Program-made: the position numbers and the translations under genes
Origin: Polyangiales bacterium
GTDB lineage: Bacteria; Myxococcota_A; Polyangia; Polyangiales; Polyangiaceae
Assembly (NCBI GenBank): GCA_038231275.1
Contig: JBBRLQ010000014.1
Location: forward strand, 1 to 64,000
Reading direction: 5' to 3'
DNA length: 64,000 nucleotides
The notes under the pieces: model-generated
What the model was told of the DNA's origin: nothing
Databases searched by the model: none
The model's input: the letters and a program-made list of their open reading frames with translations, nothing else
In this document: piece after piece, positions 37,020-47,085 of the stretch
How the letters are laid out: each line of letters begins with the position of its first letter
How positions within the stretch are numbered: the first letter of the stretch is position 1

Positions 37020-37535
37020 TCACGACGCGAACGTGACGAGCTTCGCGTTGGCCTCCACCGTGGCCCCCGCCTCGACGTGGATCTCGGCGATCGTCGCCGC
37101 GGCCTTGGCTTTGAGCTCGTTCTCCATCTTCATCGCCTCGACCACGAGGAGAGCCTGCCCGGCTGCGACCTCGTCGCCCACCTTCACCAGCACCTTCACG
37201 ACGCGGCCTGGCATCGGCGACTTGAGGACGCGATCGGCGCCGCCGCCCTTGCTCTTCTTGGCGGCCTCGGCGGCGCGCATGCGATCGCTCTCGACGCGGA
37301 CGTACGAGCGATGCCCGCTCGCGATGGCGCCGATCTCCGGAGGCGTGCCCTCGGTCGTGAGATCGACGATGTGGCCGTCGATGCGCACCGAGAGCGTCCC
37401 GCCGAGGGACACGACGTCGACGTCGACGCGGCGCCCGCCGACCGAGACGTCGAGCGCGCCGGTGGGCAGCTCGGTCACGTCGACGAGGATGGGCTCGCTG
37501 CCAGGGGTAGGGTCGAGGGTCACGTAGTAGCGCAT
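37020..37535 (-). CDS. Biotin carboxyl carrier subunit of an acyl-CoA carboxylase
   Basis: SPMPGRVV and EAMKMEN biotinylation motif. Confidence 0.92.
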   Translation of the reverse strand: MRYYVTLDPTPGSEPILVDVTELPTGALDVSVGGRRVDVDVVSLGGTLSVRIDGHIVDLTTEGTPPEIGAIASGHRSYVRVESDRMRAAEAAKKSKGGGADRVLKSPMPGRVVKVLVKVGDEVAAGQALLVVEAMKMENELKAKAAATIAEIHVEAGATVEANAKLVTFAS

Positions 37536-37542
37536 CGGTCTC

Positions 37543-40500
37543 TCAGTGGAAGAAGGGGCAGCTCTCGTTTGCCATACACCAGTGCGACTCGGGGTGGCTG
37601 AGGAAGTACGCGTCCTTGCCGCCGGACGCGAAGAAACGGCCCATCATGTGGTCGTAGTACACGACGTCGTCGAACGCCTTGCACGGCTCGGTGAACGTCC
37701 AGACGTGCTGCCCGAGCGCGTTGATGTACGCGTACACGGCGGCGACGATCGGTGCGTCGGCGGTCCACGCGGCGCCGTCCTTGGTGCCCACGCCGCGGAG
37801 CCGAGGCGCCCAGGCCGCGGTGAGCGACGCCGGATCGGTCGCGCGGAGGCCCGCGACGCGCGCGAGGCGGAGGGGAGCGGTCGGGTGAGGCGCGTCGAAG
37901 GCGTCGCGGCCTTCGCTGTGCCAGTCCGCGTCGAAGAGCGTCTCGCCGCAGATGTTCGCGTCGGTCGGCGCGGACGAGCACTCGGTCGACGGGCGGTAGT
38001 TGACGCGGCACGCGGGGCCTCCGCGCGTTCGCTTCATGCGCGAGAGCGACTCGATCGCGCCGCCGTCGACGAGAACCTGGTTCGCGGTGCGGCCACCCCA
38101 CGCGTCGTAGAGCGCCTTCGGCGTCGCGTAGTCCGCGTACTCGGGGAAGCGCGTCGCGGCGTCGGGCGGCAAGAACGGCAACGCCCCCGCCGCGCGCGCG
38201 AAAGAGCTCCCTCCGGCGGCCGGCACGAGCGGATCCCCGACCGTCGTCGACGACAAAATCGGGCGCGGCGGCAGGACCGCGCCGTCGATGCCGTACGCCG
38301 GCCGCAGCGTGTAATACGGCGCAAAATTGACCGGATCGGAGGGATCGACCGCCGCTTGCGTCAGGTTCATGAGCCGCCGGAAATTCGGCGACTGGCGCAA
38401 GTAGCCGAGCCCTTCGTTCGGTGCGACGAGCGGCGAGCCGACCGGATAGAACGTGTCGCGGAACTGCGCGCAGCCGCCGTCAGCGGTGCACGACGTGGTG
38501 TCGTCGGCGACCTGCGTGATGCGCGTGGCCGCCTTCTCCCACGTCGCGATGCGCCGCCCGGCCGGAGCTCCAGGCGCGGGAACGCACGTCGCATACGAGC
38601 CCACCGCGTTCGGTTGATCGTAGATCTGCACGTCGATGCGGTCGCCGATGTTCGTCGGCACCGCGACGCGGAACCTCCCGCCGGCCCATGTTCCGCCGCA
38701 GCGAGTCTCTTTCGTCGTCACGTTCGTGACGATCACGGTCTTGCCTGCGTCGAGCTCGGCGGCCGAGAGGCAGGCGATCTCGATCTCTGCCGAGTCGATG
38801 AGATCGTTGACGACGAAGCGCACGCTGCGCTCGTCTTTGCCGCACGCTGTGATCGGCCCGATCGCGTCGCGCGGCAAATCAGACGAGGGCACCGCCACGA
38901 CGAGCGGCGTGAAGACCTGCTCGAGCACCGAGTCGGGGACGAGCGCCGAGCGCGTCGCCACGTCGATGAGGCCGCCGGCGCCGGAGATCGAGGCCGTCGC
39001 GGTGACGTTCGGATCGAGCGCGCCGTGGATCTGCGCGACGATGCCGCCGTACGAGTCTCCTGCCGAGAAGAGGCGCGCGCCGGGGCCGCCGATGTCGGGC
39101 GCGCCGTCGGCGTCGAAGTCCCCCATCGCGTCGAGCGCGCCGTCGCCGTCGTAGTCCTGCGTGCTCCGCCGCCCGTCGAACGCGCGCACGAGGCGCGTCG
39201 CGGACACCTGATCGAGCACCGACTGCCGGATGTTGTCGCGCGAGTGGAAGATGTGACTCGTCCAGAGGAGACCGCCCGGATCGGCCTTGCCGTCGCCGTT
39301 CAGATCGTGCGCGCGGCTCGCGGTGATGCCGTTCAGCCACGGCGCCATGCACGTCTCGCGGAGGAACACTTCGGCGACGCTCTCGGTCCCCTTGTCGAGC
39401 ACGAGCCCGTGGCCCGGCATGTTGATCGCGAAGGTCGCGAGACCCTGCTTGGCGAAGTACCCCGCGCGGATGATGATCTCGGCGGCGTTCTGCGCCGTGC
39501 CGTGCGACCACATCACTGTGTCGAACGGCTGCTTGCCCTTCGAGGCGCGCGGCACGACCAGCCAGAACTGCACCTGATCGCTCTGCACGTCCGCCGCGCC
39601 GGTCATGAAATTCACGTGAAAATGCGAGTCGGGATCCTCGTGCGCGGGATCGCCGAGCAGGTACGGCGCCGCGAAGCTGCCGATGACGATGTGGTCCACG
39701 TTGTCGACGATGCTCGCCTCGAGGGCGGCGGCCGCGGGACCCTTCAGGCCGACCAGGCGATCGAGGAGCTGGTGGAGTGCGTCCTTCGCGTCGTCCATCT
39801 TGACGAGGAACGGCCGCTTGCTTGGCGACGCGCACCGCGGATCGCTCGCCCAGCTCGGCGACTCGCCGCTCTCGTCGCGGACGAGCCCGATCGCGCGAAA
39901 CGCCTTCGCGTCCGGCGGAAATTGCGCGTCGAGCCTGGAAAACAAGCCCTTTCCATGCACGCCGTCGCGGAGCAGCCGCATGTCCTCGTAGACGGGCTGC
40001 GTCGTGAACGTCCACGCGAAGGCGACGTGAGCGAGCCCGGTCCCCGCGAGGTCGCCGTAGTACGCGGCGTGATCGGACGACGCGAGGACGGCTTCGAGGC
40101 GACCGACGGAGTCCTTTTGCGTCGGATGATGCACGAAGGGGAACGGCGAGCGCACCGGCTTTCCGTCGCTGCCGCGCAGGCGATCGGTCAGGACGACGGC
40201 GTACTCCGTCTTCTCTTCCATCGGCACGATCGGACGCAGGATGAGCGTGTCGGTCTCGCGCTCGTACCAGGTGGTCACGTCGTCGACGCCGGCCAGCTTC
40301 CCGGGTGCGAGTGCGCCAAACGTGTTCGGGTGGTCGAGGACGCCGTCGAAATCCGTGTCGAGGTCCGGGCGGTACAGGCTCTGCGTGAGGCCGGCGCCCT
40401 CCTCGGTCGTCTCGAACAAGATGTTCTGCGCGGCGGCGCGCGTGTCGTTGCGCCAGTAGAGCGAGGGATCGGCGACGGTGACGGGAAAGCTCCCGTCGCC

Positions 40501-40959
40501 GAGGTCGAGCGCGACCGGTATGCCCGTCTTCAAGTTGACGACGTAGACCGCATCGTTCGCGAAATCGTTTCCGTCGCCGCGCATGCGCGACGCGAGATCG
40601 CCGAGATCGAGCGCCGGCGCGCCGATGGGCGACGCGAGGCCGGGCGAGAAGGCGACCCAGATCGGCGCGAAGGTGCCCCATCCCTCCATCTCGTTGAAGC
40701 CGTCGCGCGCGCTCCGCTCGAGGCGCGTCGCCGCGTCGAGGCTCACGTTGATGCGGCGGCCGGTGCGGCTCGTCGGATCGGCGACGGTGGCGACGTCGTT
40801 GGGCGCGGGGATGTTCGGCAGCGGGCGACCTGTCAGATCGAAGACGACCGTGGCGCCGTCACCGGCAGGCGTGGCGCGCAGGCCACGAGGAGCGGTGTCG
40901 ACGCCGCACGCCGCGGCGAGGGTCGACGCCGCGACGAGACAGAGGAAAAAGGGCTTCAT
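37543..40959 (-). CDS. Large (~1140 aa) lipase-like lipoprotein, paralog 1
   Basis: Lipobox AAAC; PAPND; SHGT; GDSYG nucleophile; several Dx[DN]xDG motifs; many blocks shared with 55076..58549. Confidence 0.78.
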   Translation of the reverse strand: MKPFFLCLVAASTLAAACGVDTAPRGLRATPAGDGATVVFDLTGRPLPNIPAPNDVATVADPTSRTGRRINVSLDAATRLERSARDGFNEMEGWGTFAPIWVAFSPGLASPIGAPALDLGDLASRMRGDGNDFANDAVYVVNLKTGIPVALDLGDGSFPVTVADPSLYWRNDTRAAAQNILFETTEEGAGLTQSLYRPDLDTDFDGVLDHPNTFGALAPGKLAGVDDVTTWYERETDTLILRPIVPMEEKTEYAVVLTDRLRGSDGKPVRSPFPFVHHPTQKDSVGRLEAVLASSDHAAYYGDLAGTGLAHVAFAWTFTTQPVYEDMRLLRDGVHGKGLFSRLDAQFPPDAKAFRAIGLVRDESGESPSWASDPRCASPSKRPFLVKMDDAKDALHQLLDRLVGLKGPAAAALEASIVDNVDHIVIGSFAAPYLLGDPAHEDPDSHFHVNFMTGAADVQSDQVQFWLVVPRASKGKQPFDTVMWSHGTAQNAAEIIIRAGYFAKQGLATFAINMPGHGLVLDKGTESVAEVFLRETCMAPWLNGITASRAHDLNGDGKADPGGLLWTSHIFHSRDNIRQSVLDQVSATRLVRAFDGRRSTQDYDGDGALDAMGDFDADGAPDIGGPGARLFSAGDSYGGIVAQIHGALDPNVTATASISGAGGLIDVATRSALVPDSVLEQVFTPLVVAVPSSDLPRDAIGPITACGKDERSVRFVVNDLIDSAEIEIACLSAAELDAGKTVIVTNVTTKETRCGGTWAGGRFRVAVPTNIGDRIDVQIYDQPNAVGSYATCVPAPGAPAGRRIATWEKAATRITQVADDTTSCTADGGCAQFRDTFYPVGSPLVAPNEGLGYLRQSPNFRRLMNLTQAAVDPSDPVNFAPYYTLRPAYGIDGAVLPPRPILSSTTVGDPLVPAAGGSSFARAAGALPFLPPDAATRFPEYADYATPKALYDAWGGRTANQVLVDGGAIESLSRMKRTRGGPACRVNYRPSTECSSAPTDANICGETLFDADWHSEGRDAFDAPHPTAPLRLARVAGLRATDPASLTAAWAPRLRGVGTKDGAAWTADAPIVAAVYAYINALGQHVWTFTEPCKAFDDVVYYDHMMGRFFASGGKDAYFLSHPESHWCMANESCPFFH

Positions 40960-41033
40960 GAAGCCCGCGCATTCTGCCACACGTCGTGAATTGAGACTCG
41001 ACAGACCGGCCGCCTCCTCCTACGGACCTGGGC

Positions 41034-42956
41034 ATGCGCATCCTGCCGCTCGCGGCGATCGTCCTGGCCGCCTTGTCCTGCAAGGGATCGTCTACGTCGA
41101 CGCCTGCGCCGGAGCCGACGGGCGGAATGCCCCTCCTCGGCGCCGACTGCGATCCGATCGCGCCGGCGCACTGCGGCCTCCCCTTTCCGTCGAACGTCTG
41201 GCGCGTGGACGGCAAGGTCACGTTCGGCGCGACGACGCTCCCCGCGCTGCGAGGGAAGGCTCCGACGAACCCGTCGTTGTGGCTCGATCGCGATGGCTTC
41301 TCGCCGGGGCAGTCGGTCTTGGTCGTCCTACCGGGCGCGGCGGCGACAGCGCTGCCCAACGCCGACACGATCGCCGCGTCCGTCGCTGCCGACTCGCCGA
41401 GCGTCCTCATGGACGCTGAAACGGGCGAGAAAATCCCTCACTTCGTCGATCTCGACAGCGGCTCGACGGACGACCAAGATCGCGCGCTCATCCTTCACCC
41501 CGCCATCCGCCTCAAAGACGCGACGCGCTACCTCGTCGCGTACCGGCACGTCAAAGACGGCGACGGGAAGGACGTCGAGCCGTCCTCGGTCTTCAAGGCC
41601 CTCCGCGACGGCGCGTCGCACTCCGATGCATCGGTGCACCGCCGCCGCGCGCTCTACGACGACATCTTCGGCCGCCTCGAGGCGCACGGCGTCGCGCGCA
41701 GCGATCTGCAAGTCGCGTGGGACTACACGACGTCGAGCCGCGCCAACACCACCGCCGGCCTCCTCAAGATGCGCGACGAGGCGCTGGCCTTGGTCGGCGC
41801 CGACGGCCCCGAGTACACGATCACGAAGGTCGAGGATCACCCCGTCACGCATACGCTCCAGCGCCTCACCGGCCTGATGACGGTGCCGCTCTACCTCGAC
41901 AAGCCGGAGCCCGGCGGCAAGCTGGTCCTCGGCGCCGACGGCCTCCCCAAGCAGAACGGCACCGCACAGTACGAGTTCGTCGTCCACATCCCCAACAGCA
42001 TCGCGAACGGCCAGCCGCTCGGCATCGTGCAGAACGGCCACGGTCTGTTCGGCGCGAAGGATGAGGGCGACGGCGACGATGGACAGCTCGTGACGTTCTG
42101 CGATCGGTTCGGGTACGTCGGCGTCGCGGTGGATCTCATCGGCATGGCGCACGACGACGTGGACATCGCGATCCACTCCGTGTCGGACGACATCGCGCTC
42201 TTCCGCGGCCTCGTCGACCGCCAACACCAGGGCGTCCTCAACGAGCTCTTGGCGATGCGCATGATGAAGGGACGCTTCACGCGCGATCCTCACGTGCAAA
42301 TGAATGGCAAGAGCGCGATCGATGCGTCGCGCGCGTTCCGGCGCGGCGACAGCCAGGGCGGCGTCTTCGGCGGAACGTACATGTCACTCACCACCGACGT
42401 GACGCGTGGCGTGCTCGGCGTTCCCGGCGCGCCGTACAGCTTGCTCCTCGATCGCAGCGCGGACTTCAGCGGCTACAAATTCCTCCTCCGCGGCAACTAC
42501 GCGACGGCGACCGACGTGCAGATCGTCCTCGGGATGATGCAGATCTGGTGGGACCGCACCGAGCCCAACGGCTGGATACCCTACGTCCGGGAGAACATGC
42601 ACCCCGGGACCCCGGCGCACGAGGTGCTGATGGAGGTCGCGATCGGCGATCACCAAGTCACGCCGCTCGGCGCGCATTTCGAGGCGCGGACGATGAAGAT
42701 TCCGAACCTTCGCCCCCTAAACCGCGACATCTTCGGCGTCGAAGGCAAGGACGGCCCCTTCACCGGCAGCGCGATGGTCGAGTACTCGTTCGGACTTGCG
42801 CCTGCGCCGCTCTCGAACTACCCGCCGGACACGACGAGCGGCGACGATCCGCACGGCAAGCCGCGCAAGCTCGAGCCGACCTACTTGATGCAGGACAAGT
42901 TCTTCCGCGAGGGGATCATCGCGCCGTTCTGCGACGGCCCGTGCGATCCGATCTGA
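41034..42956 (+). CDS. Lipase-like alpha/beta-hydrolase lipoprotein
   Basis: Lipobox ALSC; PFPSN, DGFSP, GHGLFG, GDSQGG nucleophile, GDHQV, DPH. Confidence 0.75.
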   Translation: MRILPLAAIVLAALSCKGSSTSTPAPEPTGGMPLLGADCDPIAPAHCGLPFPSNVWRVDGKVTFGATTLPALRGKAPTNPSLWLDRDGFSPGQSVLVVLPGAAATALPNADTIAASVAADSPSVLMDAETGEKIPHFVDLDSGSTDDQDRALILHPAIRLKDATRYLVAYRHVKDGDGKDVEPSSVFKALRDGASHSDASVHRRRALYDDIFGRLEAHGVARSDLQVAWDYTTSSRANTTAGLLKMRDEALALVGADGPEYTITKVEDHPVTHTLQRLTGLMTVPLYLDKPEPGGKLVLGADGLPKQNGTAQYEFVVHIPNSIANGQPLGIVQNGHGLFGAKDEGDGDDGQLVTFCDRFGYVGVAVDLIGMAHDDVDIAIHSVSDDIALFRGLVDRQHQGVLNELLAMRMMKGRFTRDPHVQMNGKSAIDASRAFRRGDSQGGVFGGTYMSLTTDVTRGVLGVPGAPYSLLLDRSADFSGYKFLLRGNYATATDVQIVLGMMQIWWDRTEPNGWIPYVRENMHPGTPAHEVLMEVAIGDHQVTPLGAHFEARTMKIPNLRPLNRDIFGVEGKDGPFTGSAMVEYSFGLAPAPLSNYPPDTTSGDDPHGKPRKLEPTYLMQDKFFREGIIAPFCDGPCDPI

Positions 42957-42976
42957 CGGAGATTGCTCAGTGGCGC

Positions 42977-44251
42977 TCAGAACCCGGGCGGGAACGTCAC
43001 GTCTTCGAGGGGCACCGTGTCGTGGCATTTGCTCGACGTCGCGGAGACGCCGCTCGGGCAGACGCGGACGGTGCCAGTCAGGTAGTCGAGGTAGAGATCT
43101 GTGTAGCCGATGCGCGCGTTCTTGCCGGTGCGGTACGCGTAGTACGAGTCCTTCGCGCGGAGGAAGACGATCTTCGCGTCCTCCGCGAGCGCCGCCTCTT
43201 CTTGCGCGGGCGTCGCGCGGGTGCCGGCGGGGAGGCGTCCGTAGCCGGGCACGTCACGGACCTCGTAGTCGTAGAGGAGCGTCTCGTGGTCCACGGAATT
43301 CGCGTCGCTCGCGGGCTTGGCGGGCACGCGCGTGAATGCGCCATCGTCGTTGGGGTCGGCGTTGTCGGCCCAGAACCAGCCGATCGGGAGAGGCGCGCCG
43401 GCGTGGAGGGCGCGTTGGATGCGCCGAAAGAACGCGCGTCGTGCGGCCGGCGTCTTCGCGTCGTAGACGACGTCGTCCCACGCGAACTGACCCTTGCGAT
43501 GATCGGGGTTCGATCCTCGGACACGGTCGCCGATGGCTTCGCGCAGCGTGCCCAAGATCGATGCGCCGTTCGCGCGCGGGTGGAGGACGGAGACGTGCTC
43601 CGCGTCGACGACGATGCCCTGCGCTTCGGCGCCGTTATCGAGCGTCGCCTCGCCGTCCTCGCCGAACACGCGCGTCAACGCGGCGGCGACGCCAGCGCCC
43701 AGCCGGAACGCGCGCTCCAGCTCACGACGCACGAGCGCGCCGTCGCGCCGCGCGGGAGAAGAAGAGAGGGGGCCGGACGTCAGTGACGTGGCGAGGGTAC
43801 GAAGCGCCGCGCCAGTGGCCTTCGCGTCGGTTGCGGCGCCGTCCCCGATGAAGTCCGGATCGCGCACGAGCCCGCGCGCGAGGATCAGCTCCACGGCGGA
43901 GCCCCACGAGCCGCCAGAGTCGAGCTCGTCTTTCACGGCCTGGCTCGTCTTCCCGTGGATCTCGCCGTGCGTGATCTTGGCGTACCAATCCCAGTAGTCC
44001 CAATACGTCGGTGCGAAATGCATCGCCTCGTGGGTGCCGCTCGTCACCGTCACAGCGGAGCGCTCCAGGCTCTCGGCCCATGCGGCGGTCGCATAGAGCC
44101 AGCAGTTGCCGGTCTCCTTCTGATCGCGCGGGCTCGTCCTCGGGATGTCGGTGACGGCCTCGCCACTGTCGTCGACGGCATCGCCCGCCGCGCCGCACGC
44201 CGCGACCGCGACGAGGAGCTGGAAAATTCCAACCGCGCGAGCGACCTTCAT
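42977..44251 (-). CDS. Papain-like (C1) cysteine peptidase-type lipoprotein, paralog A
   Basis: Lipobox VAAC; DQKETGNCW; DHET; KDSY in place of KNSW. Confidence 0.7.
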   Translation of the reverse strand: MKVARAVGIFQLLVAVAACGAAGDAVDDSGEAVTDIPRTSPRDQKETGNCWLYATAAWAESLERSAVTVTSGTHEAMHFAPTYWDYWDWYAKITHGEIHGKTSQAVKDELDSGGSWGSAVELILARGLVRDPDFIGDGAATDAKATGAALRTLATSLTSGPLSSSPARRDGALVRRELERAFRLGAGVAAALTRVFGEDGEATLDNGAEAQGIVVDAEHVSVLHPRANGASILGTLREAIGDRVRGSNPDHRKGQFAWDDVVYDAKTPAARRAFFRRIQRALHAGAPLPIGWFWADNADPNDDGAFTRVPAKPASDANSVDHETLLYDYEVRDVPGYGRLPAGTRATPAQEEAALAEDAKIVFLRAKDSYYAYRTGKNARIGYTDLYLDYLTGTVRVCPSGVSATSSKCHDTVPLEDVTFPPGF

Positions 44252-44319
44252 TCCGCGACCATCCGCGCGACGCAATGCCACCTCGAGCGGCCCGACGCAA
44301 AGGGGACTCGTCCGATTTC

Positions 44320-44931
44320 TCAGCCCGGCCGAACGACCTTCGCAAATTCGCGGAGCGCCACGTCTTGGTCTTCGCGCGTGACGAAGGGTGCGACGAGCTG
44401 GAAATCGAGCTTGGGCAGGAGGATGCTCCGCGGGGCGCTCGTGTAGCCCCCTTCGCTGCTCCGGCGGTACAAGGCAAATGCGCCGTCCTGCCAGAGCCAG
44501 ACCTCGGGGATGGCGAGGCCGTCGTAGACGTGCAGCTTGTCGAGAAGCGGGCTCGTGTGAATGACCTCGAGCACGATGTCAGGAATCTCGCCGTCCCTCA
44601 TCTGGGTTCCGACCCGCCAGCACTCGTCGGGCTCCACGCCGCGCTCCTTGGCCTCGTTCCGGAACGTCGTCGACCCGTACCCCAGGAGAGGGAGCTCCAG
44701 GAGGAACGCGTAGAGCTCGATGAGACGTGCGATCGTCGTTTTCCATAGCTCGTGGCTTCGTGACGGGCTCATGAGCTCCAACACCCCCTCGCAATACGTC
44801 ATGCGCAGCCCGTGCGTATCGAGCGCCTCGCGCAAAATGACGTAGTCCTTCCACGAGACGCCGTTGATGAGCATCCGCTGCTCCGGCGCGGGCGAAGGCG
44901 GCGTCGGCGGGAGGCGCGTGGCGGCGACCAT
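44320..44931 (-). CDS. Uma2 family (PD-(D/E)xK) endonuclease
   Basis: LELMSPS..HE, GSTTF, EPDEC, PDIVLEV, DKL.VY...IPEVWLW; TATACT 6 nt before ATG. Confidence 0.88.
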   Translation of the reverse strand: MVAATRLPPTPPSPAPEQRMLINGVSWKDYVILREALDTHGLRMTYCEGVLELMSPSRSHELWKTTIARLIELYAFLLELPLLGYGSTTFRNEAKERGVEPDECWRVGTQMRDGEIPDIVLEVIHTSPLLDKLHVYDGLAIPEVWLWQDGAFALYRRSSEGGYTSAPRSILLPKLDFQLVAPFVTREDQDVALREFAKVVRPG

Positions 44932-44966
44932 GTCTCAAGTATACTACTCCCCGCGGTAGATGGCAG

Positions 44967-45878
44967 ATGGACCTCCAAGCGCTCCTCGACGAGATCGCCG
45001 CCGCCTCGCGCCCGCTGGCTGCGCGCGGGAAGGTCGCGGACTACATTCACGCGCTCGAGGCGGTGTCGCCCGATCGCTTCGGCATCGCGCTCGCGACGGT
45101 GGACGGCGCGCTCGTCGGCAGCGGTGATTTCAACGAGGCGTTCTCGCTGCAGAGCGTCGGCAAGGCGTTCACGCTGGCGCTCGTCCTCTCGCGTGATCAC
45201 GACGCGCTTTGGACGCGCGTAGGGCGCGAGCCGTCCGGCAACCCGTTCAACTCGCTCGTGCAGCTCGAGGTCGAGCACGGCGTGCCGCGTAACCCCTTCA
45301 TCAACGCCGGCGCCCTCGTCGTCGTCGATCGCCTGCTCGCCACGACCGGCGACGCGTTCGGCACGCTCCGCGATTTTCTCCGCGCGGAGAGCGGAAACGC
45401 CAACGTCGATCTCGACCCCGTCGTCGCGAGGTCGGAGGCCGAGCACGGCCACCGCAACGCCGCGCTCGCGCACTTCATGGCGAGCTACGGCAACCTCGAC
45501 AGCGCCGTCGACACGGTCCTCGACCACTACTTTCGCCAATGCGCGATCGCGATGAGCTGCGCCGATCTCGCGAAGGCCGGCCTCTTCCTCGCGCGCCACG
45601 GCGTGCGCGCCGACGGGACGCGGCTCTTTTCGCCCAGCGACGCCAAGCGCGTGAACGCGATCCTCCTCACGTGCGGCACCTACGATGCGGCCGGCGACTT
45701 CGCGTACCGCGTCGGCCTTCCCGGCAAGAGTGGTGTCGGCGGCGGCATCCTCGCGGTGCTGCCCGGTCGAGGATGCCTGGTGGTCTGGGGACCCGCGCTC
45801 GACAAAAGCGGCAACAGCATCGCCGGCGTGGAGGCCCTCGATCGCTTCACGACACAGACCGGATGGTCGGTGTTCTGA
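44967..45878 (+). CDS. glsA: Glutaminase
   Basis: GKVADYI, FSLQSVGK (SxxK), EPSGNPFNS, NPFINAGA, GKSGVGGG. Confidence 0.95.
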   Translation: MDLQALLDEIAAASRPLAARGKVADYIHALEAVSPDRFGIALATVDGALVGSGDFNEAFSLQSVGKAFTLALVLSRDHDALWTRVGREPSGNPFNSLVQLEVEHGVPRNPFINAGALVVVDRLLATTGDAFGTLRDFLRAESGNANVDLDPVVARSEAEHGHRNAALAHFMASYGNLDSAVDTVLDHYFRQCAIAMSCADLAKAGLFLARHGVRADGTRLFSPSDAKRVNAILLTCGTYDAAGDFAYRVGLPGKSGVGGGILAVLPGRGCLVVWGPALDKSGNSIAGVEALDRFTTQTGWSVF

Positions 45879-45924
45879 GGAAAAATTCGGGGCTACCTCG
45901 TCGCGCGCGTGTCAAAGTCGTGCC

Positions 45925-47070
45925 ATGTCGCCGAAGGCACCGCGCTTCGCTCTCGCAAGAATCCGACGGGCCCTAGGACTCGCAAAGCTGGGCGCGGTCA
46001 TCCTGGCGCTTCCGCTGGCGTCCACCGCCGTCGCACAAACCGCGGATGCCCCCGTGCGCGATCATCGGGGTCACGGAACTCCGCCGCCGGCGGTCGTGAC
46101 GCCAGGACCGGTCACAACCGGAACCGGTCGCCACGTGCCGCCGCCCACCGTTCCCGCGGGGCCTGTCGACACCGGCAAGAGCCCGCCACCGCCCGCCGGC
46201 GCTCTCCCCGGCCAGTTCGCGTTTCGCCAAATTCTCACGAGCTACTACTTCTCGGCATCGGGCTGGAAGGCCGGCGCGTCCAAGACTCTCGGACCGAACG
46301 AGAAGTTTCATCTCGTCGTATCCCCGAACGATCCGGTGGGCGAAAAGACGATTCACGCCGCCAACGGCGGTCAATTGTACGCGACCCAGGGGTATGTCGC
46401 GGACGGCTCCGATAGGTACCCGGGCCACGTCGCGCTGTCGTCGAGCCCCTCGACGCTCCCGTCGACCATGGCGGACAACACCCGATTTTTCATCGAGGCG
46501 TACGCTCGAAACGATACGTACGCGGGCACGCACACGATCGTGCCGAAGATCGAGCGCCGATGGCCGATCATGCAGACGGGCGACTTCCGAAATCCCGAGG
46601 GCGGCGTCGCGCTCTTCCAAGAGACGGCCATGTCGCTCTTCCGCGTCCTCAAGTGCGGCGACGTCGGGAGCGGCACGGAGTTCGCGGTGAGGATGGCGGG
46701 GTCGTCGACGAAGACTCCCCAATTCCCCCACGCGCGGCTCCGGCGAGAGCAGGACGGAACCTACGTCTTCGCGTTCGAGGAGAAGGGCAAGCCCACGCGC
46801 TACATGTCCGCGGCCGGCGGCGGTGGCTACGCGTCCGACAAGGACGCCCCGGACGGCGCCACGATGCGCTTCGATCGAACGTCGCCCCTCGACTGGGAGC
46901 GGTTCAAGCTGATCGATCAGGGCAACTGCACCTACGCGATCCAAACGTGGCGCGGATTCGTCGTCGCATACAAAGAGGGCGTCGGGTACTCGACGGCGTT
47001 CCGAGATGTTGCGGCCGCCGCGATGAAAGAGACACGGGCCGCGTGGGATTTGACGCCGCTGGGGCTCTGA
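45925..47070 (+). CDS. Secreted protein with Pro-rich linker and fascin-like beta-trefoil repeats
   Basis: Signal peptide ending AVA; GPNEKFHL and DWERFKL repeats; YMSA, YAIQT. Confidence 0.55.
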   Translation: MSPKAPRFALARIRRALGLAKLGAVILALPLASTAVAQTADAPVRDHRGHGTPPPAVVTPGPVTTGTGRHVPPPTVPAGPVDTGKSPPPPAGALPGQFAFRQILTSYYFSASGWKAGASKTLGPNEKFHLVVSPNDPVGEKTIHAANGGQLYATQGYVADGSDRYPGHVALSSSPSTLPSTMADNTRFFIEAYARNDTYAGTHTIVPKIERRWPIMQTGDFRNPEGGVALFQETAMSLFRVLKCGDVGSGTEFAVRMAGSSTKTPQFPHARLRREQDGTYVFAFEEKGKPTRYMSAAGGGGYASDKDAPDGATMRFDRTSPLDWERFKLIDQGNCTYAIQTWRGFVVAYKEGVGYSTAFRDVAAAAMKETRAAWDLTPLGL

Positions 47071-47085
47071 TTCGGAAATCCGAAT
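47070..47085. other. 7-bp inverted repeat ATTCGGA-AA-TCCGAAT immediately after the stop codon
   Basis: Seen directly; no U-tract, so weak terminator or operator. Confidence 0.4.

Noticed and set aside
37546..40989. 1147-aa + strand ORF, and the similar 55058..58678, 7520..9799 and 18357..20510 ORFs
   Set aside because: Antisense shadows of real genes; high-GC codon usage leaves the mirror frame free of stops, and no motifs are present.
44320..44931. Uma2 nuclease as a defence system or mobile element
   Set aside because: Stand-alone, with no methylase, antitoxin, integrase or flanking repeats; the family is commonly multi-copy in such genomes.
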